A stretch of 64,000 nucleotides of DNA. It comes from an uncultured Desulfarculus sp. GTDB taxonomy: Bacteria > Desulfobacterota > Desulfarculia > Desulfarculales > Desulfarculaceae. Under the pieces are notes generated by a model. The model had not been told where the DNA came from and made no database searches. It was given only the letters and a program-made list of their open reading frames with translations. Made by a program: the position numbers and the translations under genes. Every line of letters starts with the position of its first letter. Within the stretch, counting starts at the first letter, position 1. The stretch spans positions 2,720,001-2,784,000 of the forward strand of contig CAXXUK010000001.1 of assembly GCA_963665125.2 (NCBI GenBank). The letters run 5' to 3'. Of the stretch, positions 1-8,907 are shown piece by piece.

Positions 1-574
1 CGATGCGGTCGGTGTTGATGCCCATCAGCCGCACGGTGACCATGTCCCGGCTCAGGGCCCGCATGGCCATGCCCGTGCGCGTGCGGTGGATGATCAACAG
101 AAGAGCAATACACAGCCCGGCGGTGATCACCGGCGTCCACAGGCTCAACGAGAGAATGCGTACGTCGCCGAAGTTGATGATCCGGTCGAAAATCTCGGGC
201 CGGTAGAACGAACGGGGCCTGCCGCCGAAAATGACTATGCCCAGGTTTTCCAAAAGGAAACTGACGCCGATGGCCGTGATCAGGGCGCTGATGCGCGGCG
301 CCGTGCGCAGGGGCCGGTAGGCGCCCTGGTCGATGAGCACGCCCAATAGCGCCGTCAGAGCCATGGCCCCCAAAAGTGAGGCCCACCACGGCAGATAAAA
401 CATGGCCCCGCCGAAATAGGCCGCGTAGCAGCCCACCATCAGCACGTCGCCATGGGCGAAGTTGATCAGGCGCAGGATGCCGTAGACCAGGGTGTAGCCG
501 ATGGCGATAAGGGCGTACAGGCTGCCCAGGCTCAGGCCGTTGACGACCTGCTGCAGAAAGTCGGCCAAATCCAT
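1..574 (-). CDS. livH: Branched-chain amino acid ABC transporter permease (LivH family), runs off window start
   Basis: Manual translation from ATG at 574: MDLADFLQQVVNGLSLGSLYALIAIGYTLVYGILRLINFAHGD, the classic LivH N-terminus; directly downstream of livK-like genes. Confidence 0.92.
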   Translation of the reverse strand, partial: MDLADFLQQVVNGLSLGSLYALIAIGYTLVYGILRLINFAHGDVLMVGCYAAYFGGAMFYLPWWASLLGAMALTALLGVLIDQGAYRPLRTAPRISALITAIGVSFLLENLGIVIFGGRPRSFYRPEIFDRIINFGDVRILSLSLWTPVITAGLCIALLLIIHRTRTGMAMRALSRDMVTVRLMGINTDRI

Positions 575-575
575 C

Positions 576-1697
576 CTACGGCTTCACTGTCTCCAAATAG
601 GTGTATTTGCCGTCCTTGACCTGGAGGATCACCGCCGGTTTGACCGCGTCGTGGTTGATCAGGCTGATTGTGCCGCACACGCCGTCAAAGCCGCGCAGCC
701 CGTCCAGGGCCTTTTGCACGGCCTCGGGGTTTGTGTTCCCGGCGGTCTTGAAAGCGTCCATCAAGATGTTGTAGCCGTCAAAGCCCAAGGCGCCCAGCGC
801 GTCCGGGGACTTGCCGTATTCTTTCCGGTAAAGCTCGGAGTATTGTTTGCCCGTGGGGCTGTCGGCCCCTTCTTCGGCGAAGTGGGTCGTCAGATAAAGG
901 CCCTCGGCCGCCTTGCCGCCGATCTGGACCACCTCGTCGGCCTGGGCCGCGTCGCCCGAGAGAAACGGCTGGCTCATGCCCATCTCCCTGGCCTGGCGCA
1001 GGATCAGCGGCTCCTGGGGCATATAGCCCGGCAGATAGATCACGTCCGGCTTGGCGGCCTTGATCACGCCCAGCTGGGCGCTGAACTCCTGGTCATTGGC
1101 CCCGTAGCGCACGATGCTTACTATCTTGCCGCCCAGTTTGGTAAAGGCCTGGCGGAAGTTCACCGACAGGCCCACGGAATAGTCCCGGCTGGTGTCGATC
1201 ATTATGGCCGCCGAGCGGGCGCCCAATTTTTCATAGGCGAACTTGGCCGCCACCACGCCCTGGAAGCTGTCGGCGAAACAAGTGCGGAACAGCCACTTGC
1301 GGCCCGGAGTCACCGCCGGGTTGGTGGCCCAGGCGGCGATCATGGGCTTTTGCATGCGCTCGGCAACGTCCGAGGCGGCCATGGTCGGACTGCTGGACAG
1401 GGGGCCGATGATGGCGTCGACGTTTTGCTTGGCATAGAGGCGGGTGGCCGCGTTGACCGACTCGATCTTTTCCGAGCGGTTGTCGGTGACGATCAGTTCC
1501 ACCTTGCGACCCAAGACCTCGGGTTGGAGCTTGTGCGCCAGTTGGATGCCCTTGAGGCCCATGTCGCCGTAGGCGGCTGCCGGGCCGGTTATGGGCAGAA
1601 TCACGCCGATTTTGATGGGATCCTCGGCCAGGGCAACCGCGGTGGAACCCAGGCACAGAACCATGCCGAGGACGCTGAAAAATACTCTTTTAATCAT
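576..1697 (-). CDS. Branched-chain amino acid ABC transporter substrate-binding protein (LivK/LivJ family)
   Basis: Signal peptide, IKIGVILPITGPAAAYG, FRTCFADSFQG motifs. Confidence 0.93.
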   Translation of the reverse strand: MIKRVFFSVLGMVLCLGSTAVALAEDPIKIGVILPITGPAAAYGDMGLKGIQLAHKLQPEVLGRKVELIVTDNRSEKIESVNAATRLYAKQNVDAIIGPLSSSPTMAASDVAERMQKPMIAAWATNPAVTPGRKWLFRTCFADSFQGVVAAKFAYEKLGARSAAIMIDTSRDYSVGLSVNFRQAFTKLGGKIVSIVRYGANDQEFSAQLGVIKAAKPDVIYLPGYMPQEPLILRQAREMGMSQPFLSGDAAQADEVVQIGGKAAEGLYLTTHFAEEGADSPTGKQYSELYRKEYGKSPDALGALGFDGYNILMDAFKTAGNTNPEAVQKALDGLRGFDGVCGTISLINHDAVKPAVILQVKDGKYTYLETVKP

Positions 1698-1720
1698 GGC
1701 GGATCGTTCCCCTCGGATGG

Positions 1721-2902
1721 TTATTTGGCTTTTATGTCGGTCACATAGGCAAACTTGCCGTTTTCGACCTTGAGTACGGCCACGTCTTTTACGGCATTGC
1801 CGTCCGGACCGATGACAAATCTGCCCGTAACAGCTTCATAGCCGGCCGGATCGATGATGGACTGGCGCAGTTTTTCGCTGTCAATGGTCCCCGCCCTCTC
1901 AAGGGCGTCGCGCAGCACGAAATAGGCGTCGGCCCCCTGCACATGAAAGGCCGTGACGTCGTCGGAGACCTTGCCCGCTTCCCTGGCCTCCTTGAAGCGC
2001 TTGAAAAAGGTCCGGGCCCGGTCGTTTGGCGCGGCCACGGGGTTGTATTGGGCCGTGAACATCAGGCCCTCCACGGCCGGTCCGCCGATCTGCAACAGCT
2101 CCGGCGCGTGGGCCCCGTCGCCGCTGAATATGGGAATGTCCACGCCCATTTCCTTGGCCTGGCGGGCCACCAGGGCGTCCTCGGTGTAGTAGTTGGGCAG
2201 GTAGAGGACCTCGGCCCCGGAGCGTTTGATGGTGGTCAGTTGGGCCGTGAAGTCCTGGGCGTCGCGGTTGAATTTGGCCACGGCCACGATCTTGCCGCCC
2301 AGCTGGCGAAAATCACTCATGAAATAACCGGCTAGGCCCACGGCATAGTCCTGGCTGACGTCGATGAGTACGGCGGCCTGTTTCTTGCCCATGACATTGT
2401 AAAGATATTGCGCCGCAGCATAGCCCTGCACCGGATCAAGGAAACAAACCCTGAAGGCGTATTTCTTGCCCTGGGTGACCATGGGGTTGGTGGCCGTGGG
2501 CGAGATCATCGGCACCTTGGACATCTCGGCGATGTCGCCGGCGGTCATGGACGGCGAACTGGTCGCCGGGCCCAGAATGGCCGCGACCTTTTCCTTTTTG
2601 ATCAGCCGTGTCGCGCCGTTGGTCGACTCGGTGGTGTCGCCTTTGTTGTCAACTATGAAAAACTCGATGGGCCGCCCCATTGCCGTGGGCTCCATGGCCT
2701 GGGCCAGTTGCATGCCCTCCAGGGCCATCTGGCCGTAACCGGCCACCGCGCCGGTCAGCGGAAGAAGAACGCCGACCTTGATGGGCTCAGGGTCGGCGGC
2801 TCGGACCGGGGTTGGCAGCAGCCCGGCGGCAATAAAAAACAGGGCCATTACGGCCCCGCAAATCGTAATACGAATTCGATTATGGCGGGCTGCACCAATC
2901 AT
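1721..2902 (-). CDS. Second branched-chain amino acid ABC substrate-binding protein (LivK/LivJ family)
   Basis: IKVGVLLPLTGAVAGYG, SPTATNP, FRVCFLDPVQG; paralog of the neighbouring gene. Confidence 0.93.
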   Translation of the reverse strand: MIGAARHNRIRITICGAVMALFFIAAGLLPTPVRAADPEPIKVGVLLPLTGAVAGYGQMALEGMQLAQAMEPTAMGRPIEFFIVDNKGDTTESTNGATRLIKKEKVAAILGPATSSPSMTAGDIAEMSKVPMISPTATNPMVTQGKKYAFRVCFLDPVQGYAAAQYLYNVMGKKQAAVLIDVSQDYAVGLAGYFMSDFRQLGGKIVAVAKFNRDAQDFTAQLTTIKRSGAEVLYLPNYYTEDALVARQAKEMGVDIPIFSGDGAHAPELLQIGGPAVEGLMFTAQYNPVAAPNDRARTFFKRFKEAREAGKVSDDVTAFHVQGADAYFVLRDALERAGTIDSEKLRQSIIDPAGYEAVTGRFVIGPDGNAVKDVAVLKVENGKFAYVTDIKAK

Positions 2903-3001
2903 TTACCATCTCCCACATTTGTCAGAAAACCGGAGAGCCGCCTAATGTGGCTTCCCTTCATCTGTTTAGCACAACGGTAAATTTAGATCAACCAACCAAG
3001 C

Positions 3002-4180
3002 TTACGGATATAGCATGTGTGGCGCCTTCCTTTGCCGCCACCGGTCCAGCCCGGATTGCCAGCGCTCCAACATGAGCAGGCAGCGCTCACCGGCCAACAG
3101 GCCGTCCACGGCCTTGGCGTCGCCCAGCAGCAGGTCCAGGGGCCGCCGCTCGTATTCGTATTCATAGGGCGGCGGGCGCAGGCCCCACAGGCCGGGGTGG
3201 GCCCGGTTTATGGCCGAAAGCACGGCGCAGGAGGCTCGCACCGAACGAAACGCCTGATTGTCCGTTACATGCATCTGAAAGCCGCCGCAGATCTCGCCGG
3301 CGTATTTGTGGAATGTCGGCTCAAAGAACAGGGGCCGCAGATGGGCCCCGGCCAGGGCATCGGCCTCGACGGTCTCCAGTACGGCCCATGGGTCCAGGCC
3401 CGGCGCGCCGAATATCTCGAAGGGCCTGGTGGTGCCCCGGCCCTCGCTGAGGGTCGTGCCCTCCAAAAGCACCTGGCCGGGATAGACCAGGGCCGTATCC
3501 AGGGTGGGCATGTTGGGCGATGGCAGGACCCAGGGCAGACCGGTACCGCTGAAATCAGAGCCGTCCCATCCGGATGCGGCGATCACCTCGAGTTCAAGGT
3601 CCAGGCCCCGTTCAGAGGCCACCAGCCGGGCCAGTTCGCCCATGCTCAGGCCGTGGCGCAGGGGTATTTCATGGGCCCCCACAAAACTCATCAGCTCCGG
3701 CGGCAGGATCGGCCCCTCGGCCCCCCGGCCGATGGGGTTGGGCCGGTCCAGCACCCACACGGCCAGGCCCGCCTCGGCGCACTGTTCCAGGCAGGCCACC
3801 ATGGTGCTGAAAAATGTATAAACCCGGCAGCCCACGTCTACCATGTCGATGAGCAGGGCGTCCAGGCCCTCCAGCCAGGCCGGTTCAGGCGAGCGGGTCC
3901 GGCCGTAGAGCGAATACACCGGCAGACCCAGGCGGGGGTGTCTGCCGTGGCCGCTTTCGATCATGTTGTCCTGCTTGTCGGCGTAAAACCCATGTTGGGG
4001 GCCGAAGATGGTCCTCAGCGCGCCGGGCATGGCGTTTTCAATGGCCTCGGGGGCCGGGGTGAGGTCCGCCGTTACGGCGGCCGAGCTGCAAACCAGGCCC
4101 AAGCGTCCGTTCGCCAGGCGGTCCGGCGGATCGGCGCAGAGGATCTCCAGGCCGGTCCTGATACGATTGGCGGCAGTCAT
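3002..4180 (-). CDS. Exo-beta-N-acetylmuramidase NamZ-like (DUF1343/YbbC family)
   Basis: FGPQHGF, DVGCRVYTF, VLDRPNP, RHGLSMGELA, PSPNMPT, SEGRGTTRPFE motifs. Confidence 0.88.
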   Translation of the reverse strand: MTAANRIRTGLEILCADPPDRLANGRLGLVCSSAAVTADLTPAPEAIENAMPGALRTIFGPQHGFYADKQDNMIESGHGRHPRLGLPVYSLYGRTRSPEPAWLEGLDALLIDMVDVGCRVYTFFSTMVACLEQCAEAGLAVWVLDRPNPIGRGAEGPILPPELMSFVGAHEIPLRHGLSMGELARLVASERGLDLELEVIAASGWDGSDFSGTGLPWVLPSPNMPTLDTALVYPGQVLLEGTTLSEGRGTTRPFEIFGAPGLDPWAVLETVEADALAGAHLRPLFFEPTFHKYAGEICGGFQMHVTDNQAFRSVRASCAVLSAINRAHPGLWGLRPPPYEYEYERRPLDLLLGDAKAVDGLLAGERCLLMLERWQSGLDRWRQRKAPHMLYP

Positions 4181-4275
4181 AAAGCGTGCGCCTCCTTTGC
4201 CGGGGCATTATAGCCCGGAAATCCCGCCAGACCCAAGCTCCGGTTCTGCTTTCGCCCCGGCCCGCCGCCTGATAT

Positions 4276-4310
4276 AAAAAAAGGGTCCCGGTCGGCTGTT
4301 CCGGGACCCT
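4276..4310 (-). terminator. Intrinsic terminator
   Basis: Minus strand GGGTCCCGG-AACAGCCGA-CCGGGACCC followed by T7. Confidence 0.85.
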
Positions 4311-4429
4311 CGGGGAGGAGGGAGGAAAGGGGTTCTGGCTTGTTTCCAACGTGAGAGGGGGCTTACCGCCGGAAACTTGTCCAAAACTGGTGTGACCCAT
4401 TCGGTGTTCACCGATACCCTTCACTCTTG
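4276..4429 (-). ncRNA. Candidate structured small RNA, or attenuated leader of the namZ-like gene
   Basis: Lies between a near-consensus sigma70 promoter and a strong intrinsic terminator; long internal hairpin, C/U-rich tract, no credible ORF. Confidence 0.55.
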
Positions 4430-4435
4430 AATAAA

Positions 4436-4464
4436 AGGTTAAGGCCGACACTTGCACATGTCAA
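4436..4464 (-). promoter_or_regulatory. Putative sigma70 promoter
   Basis: Minus strand TTGACA-17nt-TAACCT. Confidence 0.65.
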
Positions 4465-4491
4465 CGTCTATACATAAAAAGGTGTAAAAAG

Positions 4492-5592
4492 ATGAGCACA
4501 AGAGAAATCGCTTGTCATCTGGGTGGGCACCACCATCACGACCATTCCCATGAACACGACCGGGGCGGCAGCCCACCGCCCGAATACGCGCCTCCTCTGG
4601 TCGAACTGGCCCGTGGCGGGCTCACCGAGAGCCTGCACCGTGGAGCCGTCGCCGTTTGTTCGCCCGACGGCAAACGCCAGCGGGGCCTGGGCCATCCGGC
4701 CATGCCCACCTTCATGCGCTCGGCGGCAAAACCCTTGCAGGCCCTGCCGGTGATCTTCAGCGGCGCGGCGGAGGCCTATGGCCTAACGGACGCCGAACTG
4801 GCCTGCATGTGTGGTTCACTCAACGGCGAGGATTTCCAGGTGGCCGCCGTGACCAGCGCCCTGGCCAAGGCGGGTCTGAGCCCCGATCTATTGAACTGCG
4901 GCGTGCATATGCCCTCCCACAAACCCACGGCCGCGGCCATGCGCAAGGCCGGGCAAAAGCCAACGCCCGTGCAAAACAATTGCGCGGGCAAACACGCGGC
5001 CATGCTGATCCTCTGCGCCCATCTTGGCCACCCCACAGAGGGCTACGACCGCCCTGCCCATCCGGTGCAGCGGCTGGTCCTGGAGACCGTGGCCGCCTGG
5101 TGCCGCTATCCGGCCGAACAGATCGGCGTAGGCATCGACGGCTGCGGCGTGCCGGTGTTCCGGGTGCCCCTGGTGGCCCTGGCCGGGGCCTACGCCCGCC
5201 TGGCCAAACCCGAGGATTCAGGCCTGCCCGAGGATCAGATCGCGGCGGCCAAACAGCTGATGGCGGCGTGCCTGGCCCACCCGGAGATGATCGCCGGAAA
5301 CGGCAGGCTCTGCACCGAGTTGATGCGGGCCGCTCCGGGCAAGTTCCTGGCCAAGACCGGGGCCGAGGGCTCCTATGCCGTAGCCATCCCTGAGCTTGGC
5401 CTGGGCCTGGCCGTGCAGATCGAAGACGGCAACATGCGGGCCCTGGGTCCGGCGGTGTGTCAGGCGCTGCATATCCTGGGCCTGCTGGGACATGATGAAC
5501 TGGACGGAGGTCTGATGGACTTTGCCCTTCCCAAGCTGAAAAACCATCGCGGCGAGGAAGTGGCCCAGTTGCGGCCGGTGTTCGACCTATGA
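4492..5592 (+). CDS. L-asparaginase II family protein (Rhizobium etli AnsA type) with His-rich N-terminus
   Basis: ESLHRG, MRSAAKPLQA, NNCAGKHAAM, DGCGVP, AKTGAEG motifs. Confidence 0.85.
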   Translation: MSTREIACHLGGHHHHDHSHEHDRGGSPPPEYAPPLVELARGGLTESLHRGAVAVCSPDGKRQRGLGHPAMPTFMRSAAKPLQALPVIFSGAAEAYGLTDAELACMCGSLNGEDFQVAAVTSALAKAGLSPDLLNCGVHMPSHKPTAAAMRKAGQKPTPVQNNCAGKHAAMLILCAHLGHPTEGYDRPAHPVQRLVLETVAAWCRYPAEQIGVGIDGCGVPVFRVPLVALAGAYARLAKPEDSGLPEDQIAAAKQLMAACLAHPEMIAGNGRLCTELMRAAPGKFLAKTGAEGSYAVAIPELGLGLAVQIEDGNMRALGPAVCQALHILGLLGHDELDGGLMDFALPKLKNHRGEEVAQLRPVFDL

Positions 5593-6356
5593 GCGATCTG
5601 GGCTATAGGGCCGACATCTGGCGCCTGCGCCAGGGGGCCGAACCGGTCAAAGGGCCGGACCTCATGGCCGAAGAGCAGCCCATAACGCTGGTCATCGGCG
5701 GCCACGAGGCGGCCACGCTCATGGCCACCCCCCTCAACCTGGAAGCCTGGGCCGCTGGTTATTGTCTGACTATGGGCTGGGCCTCTCCCGCCGATCCGCC
5801 GCCGATTGTGCGCCAAGACAGCCACTCGGTCATGGTGGATCTGGCGGACGGCCCGCCTCCCGATGCCGGGGCCAGGGCCACCGGCGGCGGGCCCATGGGC
5901 CCCAGCGACGCACCGCCCCTGGGTCCCGGCCCAGCCGTGGATATCGTCCAGGTCATGGACTTCACCACCCGCATGGCCGGGTCCCAGGAATTGTTCAAGG
6001 CCACCGGAGCCACCCACGCCGCGGCCCTGTTTGACGCCGGAGGCCGGATGCTGGCCATGGGCGAAGACGTGGGCCGTCATAATGCCGTGGACAAGGCCGT
6101 TGGCGAGGCCTGGCTTTCCGGTAAACTTGACAGGGCGGCGGCGGCGGCTCTGAGCGGGCGGATCAGCCTGGAAATGGCCCTGAAGGTCGCCCGGGCCGGT
6201 GTGCCCATGGTAATTAGCGTTTCCGCGCCCACGGCCCAGGCAGTGCGCAAGGCCAAGGAAATCGGCCTTTGCGTTTGCGGCTTTTCGCGCAACAAGCGCA
6301 TCAACATTTACGCAAATCCCCAGCGCATTGCCTTTCGGGGCAAGCCGCTCGCGTAA
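5589..6356 (+). CDS. fdhD: Formate dehydrogenase accessory protein FdhD
   Basis: EEQPITL, LMATP, FKATGATHAAAL, EDVGRHNAVDK, SGRIS, SAPT motifs; ATGA overlap with the asparaginase gene. Confidence 0.9.
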   Translation: MSDLGYRADIWRLRQGAEPVKGPDLMAEEQPITLVIGGHEAATLMATPLNLEAWAAGYCLTMGWASPADPPPIVRQDSHSVMVDLADGPPPDAGARATGGGPMGPSDAPPLGPGPAVDIVQVMDFTTRMAGSQELFKATGATHAAALFDAGGRMLAMGEDVGRHNAVDKAVGEAWLSGKLDRAAAAALSGRISLEMALKVARAGVPMVISVSAPTAQAVRKAKEIGLCVCGFSRNKRINIYANPQRIAFRGKPLA

Positions 6357-6370
6357 CCGGAAGGATCGGT

Positions 6371-6835
6371 ATGGACCTCCAAGCAGCGGAAAAGTTCAAG
6401 AGCTTCAGGCCGTCATGGCAATCGTTCGGCGTATACATTTTTGGCGCCGTGGTGCTGGGCGTGGGGCCCATGCTCAACCCCAACACCGTCATTTCTCCTG
6501 CGGTGGGCCAACTTTTTGCCACGCTGTTCGTGGCCTTTATCCTGATTAAACGCATGACCAACTTATACCAGGTCTCGTCTGAGGGCATCCTGGCCGCCAC
6601 CAGCTTTCCCAAAAACCATGTAGAGGTCGTCAAAATGGACGACGTCAGGCGCATAGACCTGCGCCGGGCCATCAGTCAGCGTGTCCTTGGGGTGGCCCAC
6701 GTGCATATATACGTCGAAGGCCAGGATGGACCGGCCATCAAGCTGTTCGGAGTGACCGAGCCGGCAAAGTTCAAGCAATTGCTTTTAGATTACGGGGCCA
6801 CCGATACACCTGTATACGGAGCTTTCCGTAAATAG
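6371..6835 (+). CDS. Membrane protein with bacterial PH (bPH_2-like) domain
   Basis: RPSW, two TM segments, then RRAISQRVLGVAHVHI; AAGGA RBS before ATG 6371. Confidence 0.6.
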   Translation: MDLQAAEKFKSFRPSWQSFGVYIFGAVVLGVGPMLNPNTVISPAVGQLFATLFVAFILIKRMTNLYQVSSEGILAATSFPKNHVEVVKMDDVRRIDLRRAISQRVLGVAHVHIYVEGQDGPAIKLFGVTEPAKFKQLLLDYGATDTPVYGAFRK

Positions 6836-6951
6836 TCGTAATTAACGATACTGTGCGTTGACACTGCGTATTGGCCCGTGATAGACGGTTGTTATAAGCA
6901 TCAACAAAAAATACTTTTTCGGACCACAAATCCTTTAAGGAGGCTTTAGAT

Positions 6952-7284
6952 ATGACGGCATTAATCGGCGGCGTCATCGCCGTGGTTTTGGGCCTAATCG
7001 GCATCATTGGTTGGTGGAGCGAATTTATCGACCTGCTGCAGGGTGCGGTCCCGATCCTGCTGCTGCTGGGCGGCGCTTTGGCTGTCTACCTTGGTTCCGA
7101 GGAGCTCAAGGACAAACGCCGGGCCGAACTGGAAGCGGCACAGGCCCCGTTCGCCCCCAGCACGGCCGGCGGCGATGATGAAGTGGAAAAGTACAAGAGC
7201 GAGGTCGCCGAACTCAAGGCCAAGCTGGAAGCCATGGAAAACAGCGAGGCCGAGCCCTCTGAGGAAGAGGAAAAGACCGAATAG
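6952..7284 (+). CDS. Small two-TM membrane protein with coiled-coil/acidic tail; N-terminus resembles MamI
   Basis: TAAGGAGG RBS; LGLIGIIGWW..FIDLLQGAVP pattern. Confidence 0.75.
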   Translation: MTALIGGVIAVVLGLIGIIGWWSEFIDLLQGAVPILLLLGGALAVYLGSEELKDKRRAELEAAQAPFAPSTAGGDDEVEKYKSEVAELKAKLEAMENSEAEPSEEEEKTE

Positions 7285-7297
7285 GGCGGCGCCCGCC

Positions 7298-8089
7298 GTG
7301 GACCAAAAAAACAAAAACGCTCGGCTGTTTCTCTGGAACGGCCGGGCGCTTTTTTTCGGCCCTGCCGGCGAGGCGGACACCCACAGCCACCAGGCCCTAC
7401 AAATCGTGGTCGCGTCGGGAAAAAGGCTGCGCCTGCACCATGACGGCCGCTGGCACGAACACAAGGCCGCCATAATCCGCCCCGACGGGCCCCACCGGCT
7501 CCACCCCGGCGACGATCCTCACTTACTGCTGCTGTTGGACCCGCAGTCTGAACAGGCCTTGGCCCTGGCGGCGCTACTGCCCCGGGGCGCGGACGCCATG
7601 GGTCTGGACCTGCCGAACGCATCCGCCTTTACCAAGGGCATGGCCGCCATCGGCGCGAATGAGCAGCCCTGTCTGGCGGCTTCGGACTTGGCCGACCGTT
7701 TGACCAAGGACGTCATCGGCGAAACGCCATCCGGCATGCCGCTGGACCCGAGAGTGCGAGCGGCGGCCCAGGCCATCCGCAACCTGCCGTCCGGCAAGGT
7801 TAAGCTGGCCGAGATAGCTGCATCGGTGGGCACTTCGGAAAGCAGGCTTTCGCATCTGTTCCGCCAACAGATGGGCCTGCCCATGCAGCGCTATCTGCTT
7901 TGGCAGCGGCTGTTGCGGGCAGCCGCCCTGGCCGCCTCGGGCGCGGACCTCACCCTTACGGCCCATAAAGCCAGCTTTGCCGACTCGGCCCACTTTAGCC
8001 GCAACTTCAAACAGATGTTCGGCCTGAGCCCCTCAATCATTTTTAAAAAAAGCGGATTTGTTCAAGTCATTACCTGTGGCAGCAACTAG
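7298..8089 (+). CDS. AraC-family transcriptional regulator
   Basis: HSHQALQI cupin-like N-terminus; SESRLSHLFRQQMG and FADSAHFSRNFKQMFG HTH; GTG start inferred. Confidence 0.88.
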   Translation: MDQKNKNARLFLWNGRALFFGPAGEADTHSHQALQIVVASGKRLRLHHDGRWHEHKAAIIRPDGPHRLHPGDDPHLLLLLDPQSEQALALAALLPRGADAMGLDLPNASAFTKGMAAIGANEQPCLAASDLADRLTKDVIGETPSGMPLDPRVRAAAQAIRNLPSGKVKLAEIAASVGTSESRLSHLFRQQMGLPMQRYLLWQRLLRAAALAASGADLTLTAHKASFADSAHFSRNFKQMFGLSPSIIFKKSGFVQVITCGSN

Positions 8090-8124
8090 GCTTCAAGGCA
8101 CGTTCATTCGAATGGAGGTGCAAG

Positions 8125-8823
8125 ATGAAGATCCCGCTCAGGCTTGCCGACCACGGCCATCCCCTGGTCGAGAGCCTTGCCAAAAGGCTGACTCAAAACC
8201 AGGCTACGCAAAACAAGAAAATAGAAGCGATTTTTCTGTACGTGCGCGACGAGGTGGCCTTTGGCTTCCCGGCTGACGGCGACCTGGTGCCGGCCTGGCG
8301 CACCATCGAGCTGAAAATGGGCCAGTGCAACACCAAAACCGCCCTGTTTCTGGCCCTGTGCCGGGCGGCTGGCATCAAGGCCAGGGCCCACTTTTCCCTT
8401 ATCAGCCGGGATATCCAACTCGGCCTGTTTAGCGGCTTCATGTTCCGTTTGATGCCCAGGGAAATCAGCCATAGCTGGGCAGAGGTTCAGGTGGACGGCA
8501 AGTGGGTGGCCCTGGACGGCTTCATCAACGACATGCCCTATTTCCTGGCCGCCAGGCGGAGATTGCGGCAAATGGGCTGGGACGTAGGCCTGTCGGTGGC
8601 CTGCAATGCCGGAGACGCCAGCGCCGACTTTGACCTGGCCCATGAGAAATACGTGCAGATGGCCGCCGTCACCATTGACCACGGCGTCTGGGACGAACCC
8701 GGCGATTATTATTCTGGCGGCCTGTACGCCAACCGGCCCGGTTTTTTCAAACTGGCAGCGTACCGGCTCGTGCTGCCGCTGATCAACGCCAGGGTGGCCA
8801 AACTGAGAAACTCATGCCCTTAA
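8125..8823 (+). CDS. Transglutaminase-like cysteine protease domain protein
   Basis: GQCNTK...CRAAGI, HSWAEV, WVALD (Cys-His-Asp triad); GGAGG RBS. Confidence 0.82.
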   Translation: MKIPLRLADHGHPLVESLAKRLTQNQATQNKKIEAIFLYVRDEVAFGFPADGDLVPAWRTIELKMGQCNTKTALFLALCRAAGIKARAHFSLISRDIQLGLFSGFMFRLMPREISHSWAEVQVDGKWVALDGFINDMPYFLAARRRLRQMGWDVGLSVACNAGDASADFDLAHEKYVQMAAVTIDHGVWDEPGDYYSGGLYANRPGFFKLAAYRLVLPLINARVAKLRNSCP

Positions 8824-8907
8824 CCGGATTCGGCCATGCACCCGCGGCGCAATAGCTGTAATATATAGAGATATATCAATTGCGCCAATCAAACAAACCT
8901 TGGAGGA

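Noticed and set aside
4208..4457. Small minus-strand ORFs 4208-4411 and 4038-4457
   Set aside because: No RBS, and they cross a strong terminator; an RNA-level explanation fits better
6371..8089. Magnetosome gene island
   Set aside because: Only one MamI-like small ORF; the neighbours are unrelated
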